64,000 bases of DNA, from NCBI RefSeq assembly GCF_000497125.1, contig NC_090602.1:124001-188000 (forward strand), read 5' to 3'. A model generated the notes under the pieces. That model was not told where the DNA came from and made no database searches. It worked only from the letters and a program-made list of their open reading frames with translations. Below are positions 27,301 through 38,554 of this stretch, piece by piece; the stretch's first letter is position 1, and each line of letters starts with the position of its first letter. Source of the DNA: Spironucleus salmonicida (lineage: Eukaryota). The translations under genes and the position numbers were made by a program.

Positions 27301-28540
27301 ATTTTCTAGAAGGTTCTTCAAGTTAATGTTTATAAATTCGCAATTTGACAGTATGCTTTTTACCTTCATAAAAGTAAGAGGTAGTAGCAAAAATAAAAGT
27401 CTTCTCTATATCGGTTACTACAACCTCATATATTTTATCTAACTTTTAACCTAACTTTAATGGTAATGATTCTTTAATCTTAGCTATCTCAAAATCATAC
27501 ATATCGATTTCATATACATCATTAATATTTATAAGATCACACAAAAATAAATTTTCAAAATAATAAAACTTATATGGCTTTATAACAGGTATTATGATAT
27601 CTCCTATAGTTACATCTATATTTTTTTAAGTCAAATATGCATGATATTGTGTAGGTAAAATATAGCACCAAATTTTTTCAAATTTTCTTTCAATCTTAAC
27701 CTAAAGCTCATCTTAAGTTTTGCATGGAAACATATTCATTAAATGCTCTAGTTAAGACTTATCTAACCGCTAGAGCTCTGGCTATATGGGAAGATAAGCT
27801 CTACCATAGTTACAAAGCACTTTTTGTCCTGATAGGAATTTATGATGAACACAAAATTCATTGATAGATTACTAAGTATATTCTTATTGACAGGTTAATA
27901 TAGCTTTATTATATTTATAATCTACTGCTAACACCATAAATACATCTTCAAATCCTTCATAAAATGCAGGATCTACTTAAATATTACGTCTAAAATACTA
28001 AAATGGTAGCTAAAATGCGAAATGCTATGCTTAGTCGCATTAAATATCAGCCACACGATCATTAAATGTCTTAATTGAGCCTCTAATTTTAGTACCCGGT
28101 GAGAGAAGTGTTGATTCTTCTTAAGTATCAGAATTAATATTCCATAATTATAACTGAGCTATTTTAGAAAGCTTTTTCACCATGACCGGTACATATTGTA
28201 ATCCTTTTATCGTACTGTTAAATTCAGAAAATGGTAAAAATCCATTTTTACCTTTACCGATCTCTACTAAATAACCCATATCCTCCTTCACTAATATTTT
28301 CCCAGAAACTATAAGACCTTCTCTAATATCTATTGAATTCACAGGAGATAGTAAAAATGATCTTGTTGATTCTTGCTTAACCACTGACATTGGTAAAGGA
28401 TGATCTAATAAAAATTCACCGCTGCAGATTCCAATAAAACCTGAAGGTAGTTCAAATTCAGTCACACCATTATTACTTTTTAATGGTACTGCTAGTATCT
28501 AGAGACCTGGATAAAAATCCTGCTATTATAATGGGAACAT
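24305..28540 (-). CDS. RRP5: Rrp5 rRNA biogenesis protein (multiple S1 domains plus HAT/TPR), ~1411 aa
   Basis: IREGLIVSGKILVKEDMGYLVEIG..GFLP and further S1-like repeats; C-terminal SGTWLAYADF, NARKLF, QKYDEFEK; ends GAG-TGA. Confidence 0.8.
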
Positions 28541-28589
28541 GTTTGAAATGGAAAATGAAGTGATAAATATATTATTATATATAATATTA

Positions 28590-29465
28590 TCATTCTATGA
28601 CTTGGCTATAGAGGCACCAAAATTATTCAAATGCTTATAGTTAATTAACCTTATATAAAATATCTTCTCCATTGTCTCCTAATAATATACTAATGGCTAA
28701 TTTTATTCCTTCTGAACATTAAGAAAATCCCATAGCTATTGGAATTGTAATAGGCGTATAAGGTGTTATTATTTTTTGGAACACATGTTTCTAGCCTTAA
28801 TTAAGTGATTTTAATAATTTTAGACTCTTAAAATCGATTGAATTTCGTTAGAATTTAGTCACATAAATAGCAAACGAAATTTAAGGGTCATATATATTTA
28901 AATAATTATCTGTCCATTAAAATACTTCCATAGATATAATTTACTACTAAATATCTTTAATCTTATATTAATTATTTTTAATATTAGGTATGTCTAGGAA
29001 ATCATTGAACCATTCCATAAACAGAGAATTTTTTAGATCTAAACCTTCAGTAAATGAATTTTATTACTGCTTCCTCATAATAGGTACTCGTTAACGTTTA
29101 AATTTTTAATAAACAGCATGTATTTATTCTAATTTACGATAGTTTGCTTCATTATAAATTAATTATATATTATATTTTGAAGTTAAACGAGAAAATTTCT
29201 TTGAGCTTACTTCATATGTATTCGCCATTGCCATAATATAATCTATATTATTGTAAGGAGAAAAAGATAATGAACCAATAGAATATGGAGTATTAGACAT
29301 AAATTTAGACAATGGAAGCTTAGATACATAAGGAGTAGGAAAAACAGGAATTATTTATCGTATATCAAGTAAATTTTAATATTCTTCATCGGTCATGCCA
29401 TCTATTTTTAAATTTGCCTCCTATAAACAATCTTGATACTTAGATAGCTCATAAACTGTAAACAT
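28590..29465 (-). CDS. Hypothetical protein, 291 aa
   Basis: MFTVYELSKYQD... open to TGA; possible IQ-like IHAVYQKFKRQR. Confidence 0.6.
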
Positions 29466-29643
29466 ATTTGTTGATGTAAAATTTTCTTAGCTTAATTAGT
29501 AATTATCTTAAAAATATGCATCTAGGATAGATTTTCCAGCCAAACCTTTAGGTTTGCTATAAAACTCTCTATATTTTATTGGGAACATTAAAGCTTGCTT
29601 ATATTATTATATATGAATAGAGATTTTATATAAGAATTTTTTT

Positions 29644-30498
29644 ATGTAGTTTAACTTAGTTAAAGAATTACTCGACCTGTACCCATAACGGAGGTTATAG
29701 GAAATACATAAATAAATAATTTAAGCTGAACTGCCAGCCAAAACTTTAAATTAACTAAATTAAAATATTCATACAGTGTAAAAGGATATTTTCTATGCAT
29801 ATGAAGATATTAGTAGAATAAATAACAATTTAAAGACCATATTAGCTCAAATTTAATTATATAAGGATGATTTACACGATATTGACAAATTACACTCAGA
29901 AATTCCGATTTACTAACATCCTCATATATCGATATTTACACTGAATTTAAGCAACGCTTACACATACCTAATAAATGTTACGACCGAAAACCATAAGATG
30001 TAGTAAATTTTTAGTAATTTACCAAATGAATTCCACACTACGCAGCTTAAAACAATGATCTAGAACTTTCAAAACAGTTAAACCAACGCCACAAAGTAAC
30101 TAAAAACCAAATACTACAATCTACTCTCAAATTTGTAAGACTACGAAAACACTGGAAAAAATAATCAAAAAATATTCAAATCATTATCAGCAAAAATCCA
30201 CACTCTAAATGTCTTGAAAGCGGATAACGATACAAGTCATTAAAAAATCACCCAGCTCAGAAATACCATTGAGCACAAATGCCGCTCCATCGAAGGCTAC
30301 CAAATCGAGCAGGATAACCTCGAAGTCTCTATTTAGACGCAACGACGGACACTGACATCACTGGCGACGAAAGCATAAATTTTGGAGCAGGTAAACAACT
30401 GCGGTTATCGCGACGATTTCGAGTGGGTCGCGCCGATCTAGGAAACACAAAAGCCGGAGCTCCTAATCGAGCAACGGTTGCTTAAATTAATGCAGTGA
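29644..30498 (+). CDS. Hypothetical coiled-coil protein, 284 aa
   Basis: MQFNLVKELLDLYP...; ends CAG-TGA. Confidence 0.65.
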
Positions 30499-30500
30499 AA

Positions 30501-31103
30501 TCACTTGCTTTTCACGAGCTGCATAAGCAGTTCGATCTGAAATTGCTGCGAATCGACCTTTTTGACCAGTTCCTAAATCTGTTTCTGCATGCTTTGCAGA
30601 AGCTGTGAATTCTCTAAATTTGAATCCTGTTATATCACCTCTTATTCGTAGTACACCTCAGTAAACAGGTTTGTAAATATTCTTATCCCACGATCGAAAA
30701 GCTCCTTTAATTTGAACGTTTCGAGGTCAGAATGAAGGTATTTTAGAGTTTCTGGTAGCTTCTCTGATTCGATTTTCGTCAGTTTTGTCTGGCGGACATC
30801 GAGAGTTTGGAGCGGAAAAGGAGTGAGGTCAGGTAGAATTTCGAGAGATCCATGCGATAAATTGAGCGTCTTGAGGTTCTTGAACTCAGAAAGCACGATT
30901 GTTGGGAACTTGTACTTGGTAATCACAAGGTCTTCGATGTTGGGGAAAAGGTGCAATATTTCAGTTGACGGAAGCTCGTTTCCATTGGTTCGAACACGAT
31001 CTACAGTGGAGAGAAATATTAGTAGTTCGTTAAGTGATAAAGTCGGATCTGGGTTAATTAGTGTTGTAATATACGGTAAATATGTGGCTAGTAGATCGCT
31101 CAT
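30501..31103 (-). CDS. Leucine-rich repeat protein, 200 aa
   Basis: LKTLNLSHGSLEILP and LQTLDVRQTKLTKI; reads through TAA at 30642 to AAG-TGA. Confidence 0.85.
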
Positions 31104-31139
31104 TCAGTAAAATAATATTAATATTAATCCATATAATAA

Positions 31140-31724
31140 TCACTTTACGTTTTGTAATGCATCACGGGTTTTGATAAGTGTTTCTAGATCATTTAGGAGA
31201 ACAACTTAGTAGTCTTGCTCGCCATCAATTCCTTCATATTCTGAGATTACTGATTGATTATGCTAAATCTCTTTTTGAAGAGCTGCAATTTATTTTTAGT
31301 ATTTTTACACATCTTGTTAAACCAATTAATTAGCTTATTGCTTAGTAATGGAGTCTGATAAATAACTGTTTAATTAGCTGAAATAGCTGTCCATAAATTC
31401 TTTCTAATGTATAATTCTTTAGGATTCAATTATATAATACTCTAAGGTAGCTTAAATTTCATCAAAATTTTTCCAATAGTTTTTGATTTGGTCTTTGAGA
31501 TTGATTGATAGTTGTTCTATTTCACCTATTGTTTAGTTATCTTACATAATATTTAACAGTTTATCAAAATTAAGTTTATGGATTACAACTGGTGTAAATT
31601 TCAATAAATTTTCAAGTTAAAGATTCTATACGAAAACTGGTTTATTAATTGTGATTTGTCTGGTTTTGTCTGCTAATTTTTAATCAATTTACTCGATATA
31701 TTTATATAATTGATATTCTTTCAT
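31140..31724 (-). CDS. Hypothetical coiled-coil protein, 194 aa
   Basis: MKEYQLYKYIEQ...; no in-frame TGA until AAG-TGA. Confidence 0.6.
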
Positions 31725-31891
31725 TCTTATTTTGTTCAATAATATAAATAATTTTATTTAGTATTGATATAGTATAAAAATAAACTAGACAATTTATTAC
31801 TATTATAAATAATTTATAATTATTTAAAATAAATCGTATATTTATAATATTATTAAATTTATTTAATATTATTAAATTAAGTAAAAATAAA

Positions 31892-31919
31892 TCCATTCTT
31901 AACTGCCACTCCTTATAAA
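31892..31919 (+). promoter_or_regulatory. C-rich upstream motif before cathepsin B ATG
   Basis: TCCATTCTTAACTGCCACTCCTTATAAA-ATG after an AT-only tract; similar CCAY-type patches precede many genes here. Confidence 0.6.
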
Positions 31920-32780
31920 ATGTTTGTCGTCTTGGCTGACCTCTATCACAAGCAAGAGTTCCTTGAATCCTTGAAACGTATCCCAAACATGAAATGGTAG
32001 GCTGGTATTCCAAAACGTTTTGAAGGCATGTCTGCTACTTAGATTAAATCACTTCTTAATAGAAATATTGAACAACTCCCTGCACCTGCTGTTAAATTAA
32101 CTGGTGAAGTACCTGAATTCTGGAATTGGAACCATGAAATGCCAGAATGTGCTGGTGCTAAGACTGTCCGTGATCAAGGTAGTTGCGGTTCCTGCTGGGC
32201 CTTCTCATCTGTCAATCAGCTTGCTGATAACAGGTGTATCCAAAAATTAGACAAAAAACGCGTTCAACTTTCTGAATAATATGTGGTATCTTGCGATCCT
32301 ATTGATATGGGCTGTGATGGTGGATGGTTAAAGATAGTTTAAAACTATCTTATCCATACTGGTACTGTTAAAAACTCTTGTGTTCCTTATACTTCTGGTG
32401 ATTCTTCTAAGGATGGTAAGTGCCCTAAGAAATGCAAGGATGATTCTGAACTAGAATTCATTAAAGCTACTAAGACCGAAAGTGTCTGTTCTGATGAAGA
32501 ATCCATAAAGGTTGCCATCACCAAAGGTCTCGTTTAGACGGCTTTTACTGTATTTTCTGACTTCATGTATTATGAAGGTGGTATTTATGAACATACTTCT
32601 GGTTATGAAGAAGGCGGTCACGCTGTTATGTTTGTTGGTTTCGGTGAAGAAAACGGTACTCCTTACTGGACTGTTAAAAACTCGTGGGGTAACACTTTTG
32701 GCGAAAATGGTTTCTTCAGAATTGCCAGAGGCCAGAATGAGTGTGGTATTGAGGACTCCTGTTTCTTAATCACTCCATGA
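31920..32780 (+). CDS. Cathepsin B-like cysteine protease (papain family C1A), 286 aa
   Basis: [47 protein letters not shown]; catalytic C/H/N present; no occluding loop seen. Confidence 0.97.
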
Positions 32781-32899
32781 TTGAATCTTTTTATCAATTT
32801 AAATATACTAAGAATGTTATTAATTGAACAATGCTCTCTCGCCACTCATTTTGAAAATGTTCAATATCTATATACCGTATAATATCCGTGTTCTCCAGG

Positions 32900-33322
32900 A
32901 TGGACTGCGAGATTCAGAAAATCGCACAGCTGCTCAACCCAGCGCAGCTGGACCTTTCGGCCGAGATAGTCAAGCATACTGAGTCAAGAATGGCTCAGCT
33001 GGTTTTCGAGAACGCAGTGCTCCGTGACGACATCGCGGACCTGCTGCGCGAGAAGGCACGTCTGGTGCGAGGCATACAGGGGAGCCAGGAATCAGGGAAG
33101 CAGGGTGGATGGACTATCGCCGGGACCCAAGCGTCCACAGATATTCCTGGCGAGTTGGACTGCCTGCAGCACGCGCTGGGTTCGCTAGGCTGGGCGCAGT
33201 TCGACGCTGGCGTTCTGCGGTTGTTCCGCCTCTAGCGCAGCATCGACCATATGCTAGGCAGGGAAAGTGCGGGACCGGTGCACAGCCTGGAGGATATTGC
33301 TGCCTTCTGCCGAGTCGAGTGA
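32900..33322 (+). CDS. Cassette ORF-A, coiled-coil-containing hypothetical protein, 140 aa
   Basis: MDCEIQKIAQLL...LVFENAVLRDDIADLLREKARL...; one internal TAG=Gln; ends GAG-TGA. Confidence 0.65.
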
Positions 33323-33381
33323 TGCTATAAGAAAGTGAAGTACGCGAGTATGCATATAATAAGTCAAAACCCCACCGAAAA

Positions 33382-34197
33382 ATGACAAGTTTAACCCACT
33401 ACGACCTTGCCACGCTTGCCGACGCAGACTAGATCCGGACCCTCATCAATCCCGCCGGTACCTGTACGAAGCAATCCACCTAGAATGTGGATGTGACCCT
33501 AATCCTCCAGTCGCCCGTGATCCCGCTGCCAGTCAAGATCCTGAACCTGAAGCCCGCAGCAGACTAGCAGCGGCTAGCACATGACACGTTAATGAACTTC
33601 CTCAACGCGTCATTCGAGCAGCGTGTGAATGGTAACGCGGTGTAGCTACTGAAGGAGTCCGAGGACGGCATCACTTCCACCCTGGGCACGGTCGGCTCGA
33701 CGCTCGACGCGAACCCCCATAACATCGTGTTCCCCTTTCACCGCACAATCGCCCACTACGCCTTCTACTACAAGTGGCTAGCAGTGGTAGACTACTTCCT
33801 CCGCGAGGACCTCCTCCGGGACATTACTTCGCCAGACAGCGTGGGCATGACGCCCCTCGACCTGTACTATGTCAACTACCGCGAGCTCGCCCAGCACATC
33901 GATCTCGACGACGTTAAGCACCCCCAGCACCCATCTGCCCTCAAGCGGCATGGCACCTGGTGGCGCGACCAGTAGCTCTACAAGATAGCTTGCCAGAGCG
34001 GGATGCTGCAGAACATCAGTAACGCAATCGCGATCCAGGTGCCCGCACCCTCCAAACCCCATAAGGAAGGCACGCCGGAGATAATGGGCGTAAAGGAGCT
34101 TCTGACTGTGCTCTTCGCGGCAATCGGCGGCACCCCCACCCAGAAAGCCTACTCCCCACTGGTCAACCTCAGGCTCTGGCCGGTGAATCTATACTGA
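33382..34197 (+). CDS. Cassette ORF-B, hypothetical protein with ankyrin-like repeat, 271 aa
   Basis: MTSLTHYDLATL...; RTIAHYAFYYKWLAVVDYFL...DSVGMTPLDL resembles ankyrin; joins track ORFs 33727 and 34003 through TAG codons. Confidence 0.75.
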
Positions 34198-34342
34198 TAT
34201 ATTAAATCCAATTAATAATAATACTTATAAATAAGCATACAATATAATATTTACTATTTAACATCTAATATTTTTATTCTTAATAATATATCATTGATTA
34301 TTAAATACATGCAAAATCTCACTCTGTCAAATTATTAAATCT

Positions 34343-35506
34343 TCAACCATTACGTACTTTTATCATCTCTGCCATTAGTTCATTCTCTACAACTACGTCC
34401 TTTATTCGCTTGTCAAGAGCATCAAACCGTGATTTACGTATATTTAAAACATCGTTAATTCCTAAAATTTCATCATTTAGTACTTGAATTTATTTTTTCA
34501 TTCCGCTTATTACTTTCATTTTTCGCATTTTGCTATCTTACTAACTTCTCTAAATCTCACGTTACTTATTCTTCTCAAATGCCCGCATTTCATCATATGT
34601 TTATTTTAGTGCTACTTCAGTTTTAGCTCGCGCTTTCTGAGCGTGCCCGGCTGCTTTTCCTTACAAATGTGCCAATTATTATTCTAGAGAAATACACTTT
34701 TAATCATTATCAGTCTTCGTCCTAACTGCACTAATGAGTTCTGTTAGATTATTTTTCAATAGTTCTTCTTTTCCTTTGAGGACAGTTATAGCATTCCTAC
34801 GAATTTGACAAAATTCATCTTAGAGGTCGGCAAGTCGCTTACTAAGTAGCTCTAGAATTGCATCACGTTCATGTTGGAGCACAAGAATACGATTTGCAAG
34901 CGATTTTAACTCTAATTGGTTGCTTTCATCATTACTTGTGGGAATTGTCTGTTTGAGAAGCTAAATATCATCACCATTTAAACCTGTAAGGTCACCACAG
35001 ATTCTACAATCAAAAATACCATGTTTACAGCGTTTTTATACTATTTCTGGAGCTTTATGACGAATAGTTTCCATTGCAGCTGAATGTGGGAGTTTGAATT
35101 CAGCATATAATGATTAGAACTAACCAGGGACTCCTTCCTCATTATGCCTAGTTGCCGTTTTTACTGCATGCAAAAGACGCTGAATCATTACTTTTTATTC
35201 ATTTAAGCGAGAATCTGTTTCTTCAGTTGATTGTTCGGCCTAAGTTTATTGAACTAAAGCTTGCTCTAAGCGTGAATTAAGGTCAATATTTTCTTTTCTA
35301 AGTCTATCTATTTCTGCTTCTTATGCTCTTTGGGTCTACTTTAGATTAAATTTATCATCTATATGTTATGTTAGGCCATCATAATCTCTAAGTGCGCGAG
35401 CTACTACAGCAAAGTTTTTATCGTTTCTATCTAATGAATATTTTTTTACATATTAATTTTAATTCGCCATCAGTGAAGTATTTTCTGAAATATAATCATC
35501 GTTCAT
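34343..35506 (-). CDS. Coiled-coil protein (weak CCDC77-like architecture), 387 aa
   Basis: MNDDYISENTSL...; heptad-rich throughout. Confidence 0.7.
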
Positions 35507-35553
35507 ATTTTAAAAATTAGACTCTAATATAATTTAATATAAATTTTATAAAC

Positions 35554-37161
35554 TCACTTAATAATGTCATAAAAGTTTGATATTGATAATTTTATTGAAA
35601 TAGCTAAAAAAAGTAAAGGTATAACCAATAAATATTTACCCATTTAATAAATTTAAAGCGTTTATGTAGATTGTGTTGATGCTTCTATAAAATGTTGGCA
35701 ATTAGCAGATTCCATAAGATTTTGATTAGCGTTAACTACAGAATTTGATTAATTAATTAAGTTACTAAGATTTTTTGATAATGTAGACTCGTGAGAGTAC
35801 AGTGTTTATTATACGAATGGTGAACTAGATTTTTCTTCAATACCTTAACTTGCTGAAAATGTTAAGATATTTGGTTAATTTTATTCCTAATAATTATGAT
35901 TTTATGAATTTTACTGCTATATTAAATTTGAAATATCTGTTTTTATAGGATATAAAGTTTACCATTACTCTATAATTTAAACACTTTTTTCTAGGGTTTG
36001 TACTGTTAATCTTTTCTGTCGTTATATATATGATAGAGGTACTAAGTATATCGAATTATCATGCTCGGATATACTTTACTTTAATTAAACTGCGCTATTC
36101 TTAATATCTTATTTTAACTCTTAAAAACTTTAATTCATAGTGCTAGCATCTAAGCTCTTATCTGATAATATATCTTTTGATCTTTGTCCTGTAATATAAT
36201 TGAATGTTTTAATTAGCTTATTTTCATCAATTTACATCTTATTGGAGCATCCATCAAATCCATATTATTCATTAATTGATATAATTAATTAATTTTTCTT
36301 CTCATCCATTCTACTTGATACCTCTTCTTAATTTAGCTAGTCAATTTAATCCTATAACGATAATTTGGGGCTTACTATATTATTTTAGATATTACTATCA
36401 TGAATACTGGCTTAAGCATCCATATAATCGTAAGTATAATTATGTTATGTAGTACTTTCGTTATCAAAATTAGCATTCAAACTAGCTTTTAATTTACTTC
36501 CATTATTCTAAAGACCAAAAAATGGAGTAACTGGACTTTTCAAAGTATTAAATTTTTTATCATGTTCAAATTTGAATACTTTTTCATTTTTACTTAAGTT
36601 TAAGTTATCTAAATTCTTCATTTTTAATAATATTTTAACCATATTATCATTTTTTGTTATCTCATATATTTACTAAATTATAAGATGATCAATTAAATTA
36701 ATTTCGTCTATTAATAATTTCACAATATCTTCATGGTTATTAACTGCTGCTATGTAAAGAGATGGTATATTAGCTGGAATATTTAAGTTTTTAAACTTAG
36801 TTACAGCCCCAAGTTCGTTACTTAATAGTCTACATACTTCAATGTTACCTTTTTTAGCAGCAAACATCAAAGCAGTAAATCCATAGTTATCTTACAACTA
36901 TAATTCATGGTTAATAAGTATTTTAACGCATTAAATACTACATTCAGCTGCTGCAAACATTAATGCGGTCTAACCTGTCTTCGAGCGATTTGAGGCTTAA
37001 TTTAAAAAATTAATTAAAAACTCTGGTCTATTAAAACGTGCACAAATCATAAGATTACTATATTGGTTATGTTATATATTTTTATATTCTTGTAAATTCA
37101 AGTTAAATGCTACGGAATCATTATTTTTTATAGATGTAACAAGAGGATTTTCAGAGTGCAT
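35554..37161 (-). CDS. Ankyrin-repeat protein (Protein 21.1-like), 535 aa
   Basis: GQTALMFAA, YGFTALMFAAKKGNIEVCRLL, SLYIAAVNNHEDIVKLL; long low-complexity tail; ends AAG-TGA. Confidence 0.85.
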
Positions 37162-37823
37162 TTTTATTATCACACGTTTATCTTTATAATATATATTAAT
37201 ACAAATCTTTACAACTTAGATAAATTATGACTTTAGATATTTTTAACTTATATATTTATATCTACAAGGGATATGTAATCCTTACATCATACAAACAGTG
37301 TAAACTAGTAGTATGTTAAACAAATCAAACTACTTTTATAATAATATTTATTTTTAATCCCAATATTAAAGTATTAAATTATTATTATTATTACTTCGAT
37401 AGTTTTAATAAAGATAGAATTAATATAATTGAGTTTGCTTGGATTGAATAAAAAATTTGAGGGCAAAATGATATAAACCAAACAATATTACAAACCTTAA
37501 TATATATATAATATTTTATAGAAATATTTAGTTTACGTATTATCAGGGTGATTCTGAAATTACTATCATTTAGAAAAAATACATTTTAGAGAATAGGGTA
37601 ACTCTGATTAATGAAAAAACAAAATATTTAAATGATATTGAAGATATTAGAATGATATGAGGAGAAATCCATATATTATCTACTTTATAGTTAACATCCC
37701 GTATATATTTAAATACTATTTTAATTAAATAATATATCTATATTATATTCAATAAAATAAAATCACTTCAACATCATCAAACTAGGCTGATATTAGAAAA
37801 CTACTAAATTTATTCAAATATTG

Positions 37824-38303
37824 TCATTCCCGTATAACTTGTTGATATCCCTACCCTTAAATTGTTGCTTTGAATGGAAACTGTAATTCTGGTCGGAAAA
37901 TAACTGAGGGTGTAAAGGGTTTATTAGCTAGGAAAAATACAGGATCATGCCCACTAATTAAATCAATAATCTAGTGTACGTGTTCGGTCCGCTATTCAAT
38001 ATCTTTTAAGATGGAACACTGTCCTTTTGAACGTATGGTCTCAACTGTTAAGTCTGGCAGACTCGTAACAGTTTCATTGAAAGGGCGTTATTAAAAATTC
38101 AGTACTTACAGCAATTATGACTGCTGAAAATGCTGGTTTGCAATTTGGTTTAAATTTGATTTAGATCGAAATTTTTCCTTAGATTTTTATATTTTTGATA
38201 GTTTTTGGGTCTATTTTCGATTATTTTTTGTCTTTTATAATTATTCTAAAGGTGGTAGGTCCTGGAGTCCTATGTTTAAGATTGGTGATTGTAAATTTTT
38301 CAT
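37824..38303 (-). CDS. Hypothetical protein, 159 aa
   Basis: MKNLQSPILNIG...; longest plausible open frame over this segment. Confidence 0.5.
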
Positions 38304-38554
38304 TATCTGGAATGTAGGTTATCAGAATAGTTATCTCATTAAATGGAGTAATAATATATACTAAGAATAATATATAATAAAATAGTTGAAAATTTTATAT
38401 GAAATACAAACTTAATAAAAAATATTAAATATATAATAATTTAATATACCATAATTAATAATATACCATAATTGTTATATTTTTTTATTTTCGAATTATG
38501 ACATATTATATAATTAAAAGTATTATATATTAAAAATTTCACCCTATTCATAAA

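Larger units (their letters stand above)
32845..34200 (+). repeat. Copy 1 of 1,356-bp GC-rich two-gene dispersed repeat (candidate mobile cassette)
   Basis: Near-identical to 47739-49094 (offset 14,894 bp); flanks unrelated. Confidence 0.95.

Noticed and set aside
32845-34200. Recent bacterial or viral insertion, or Helitron
   Set aside because: Uses host TAG=Gln and host-like signals; no CTRR 3' end, Rep or capsid motif seen.
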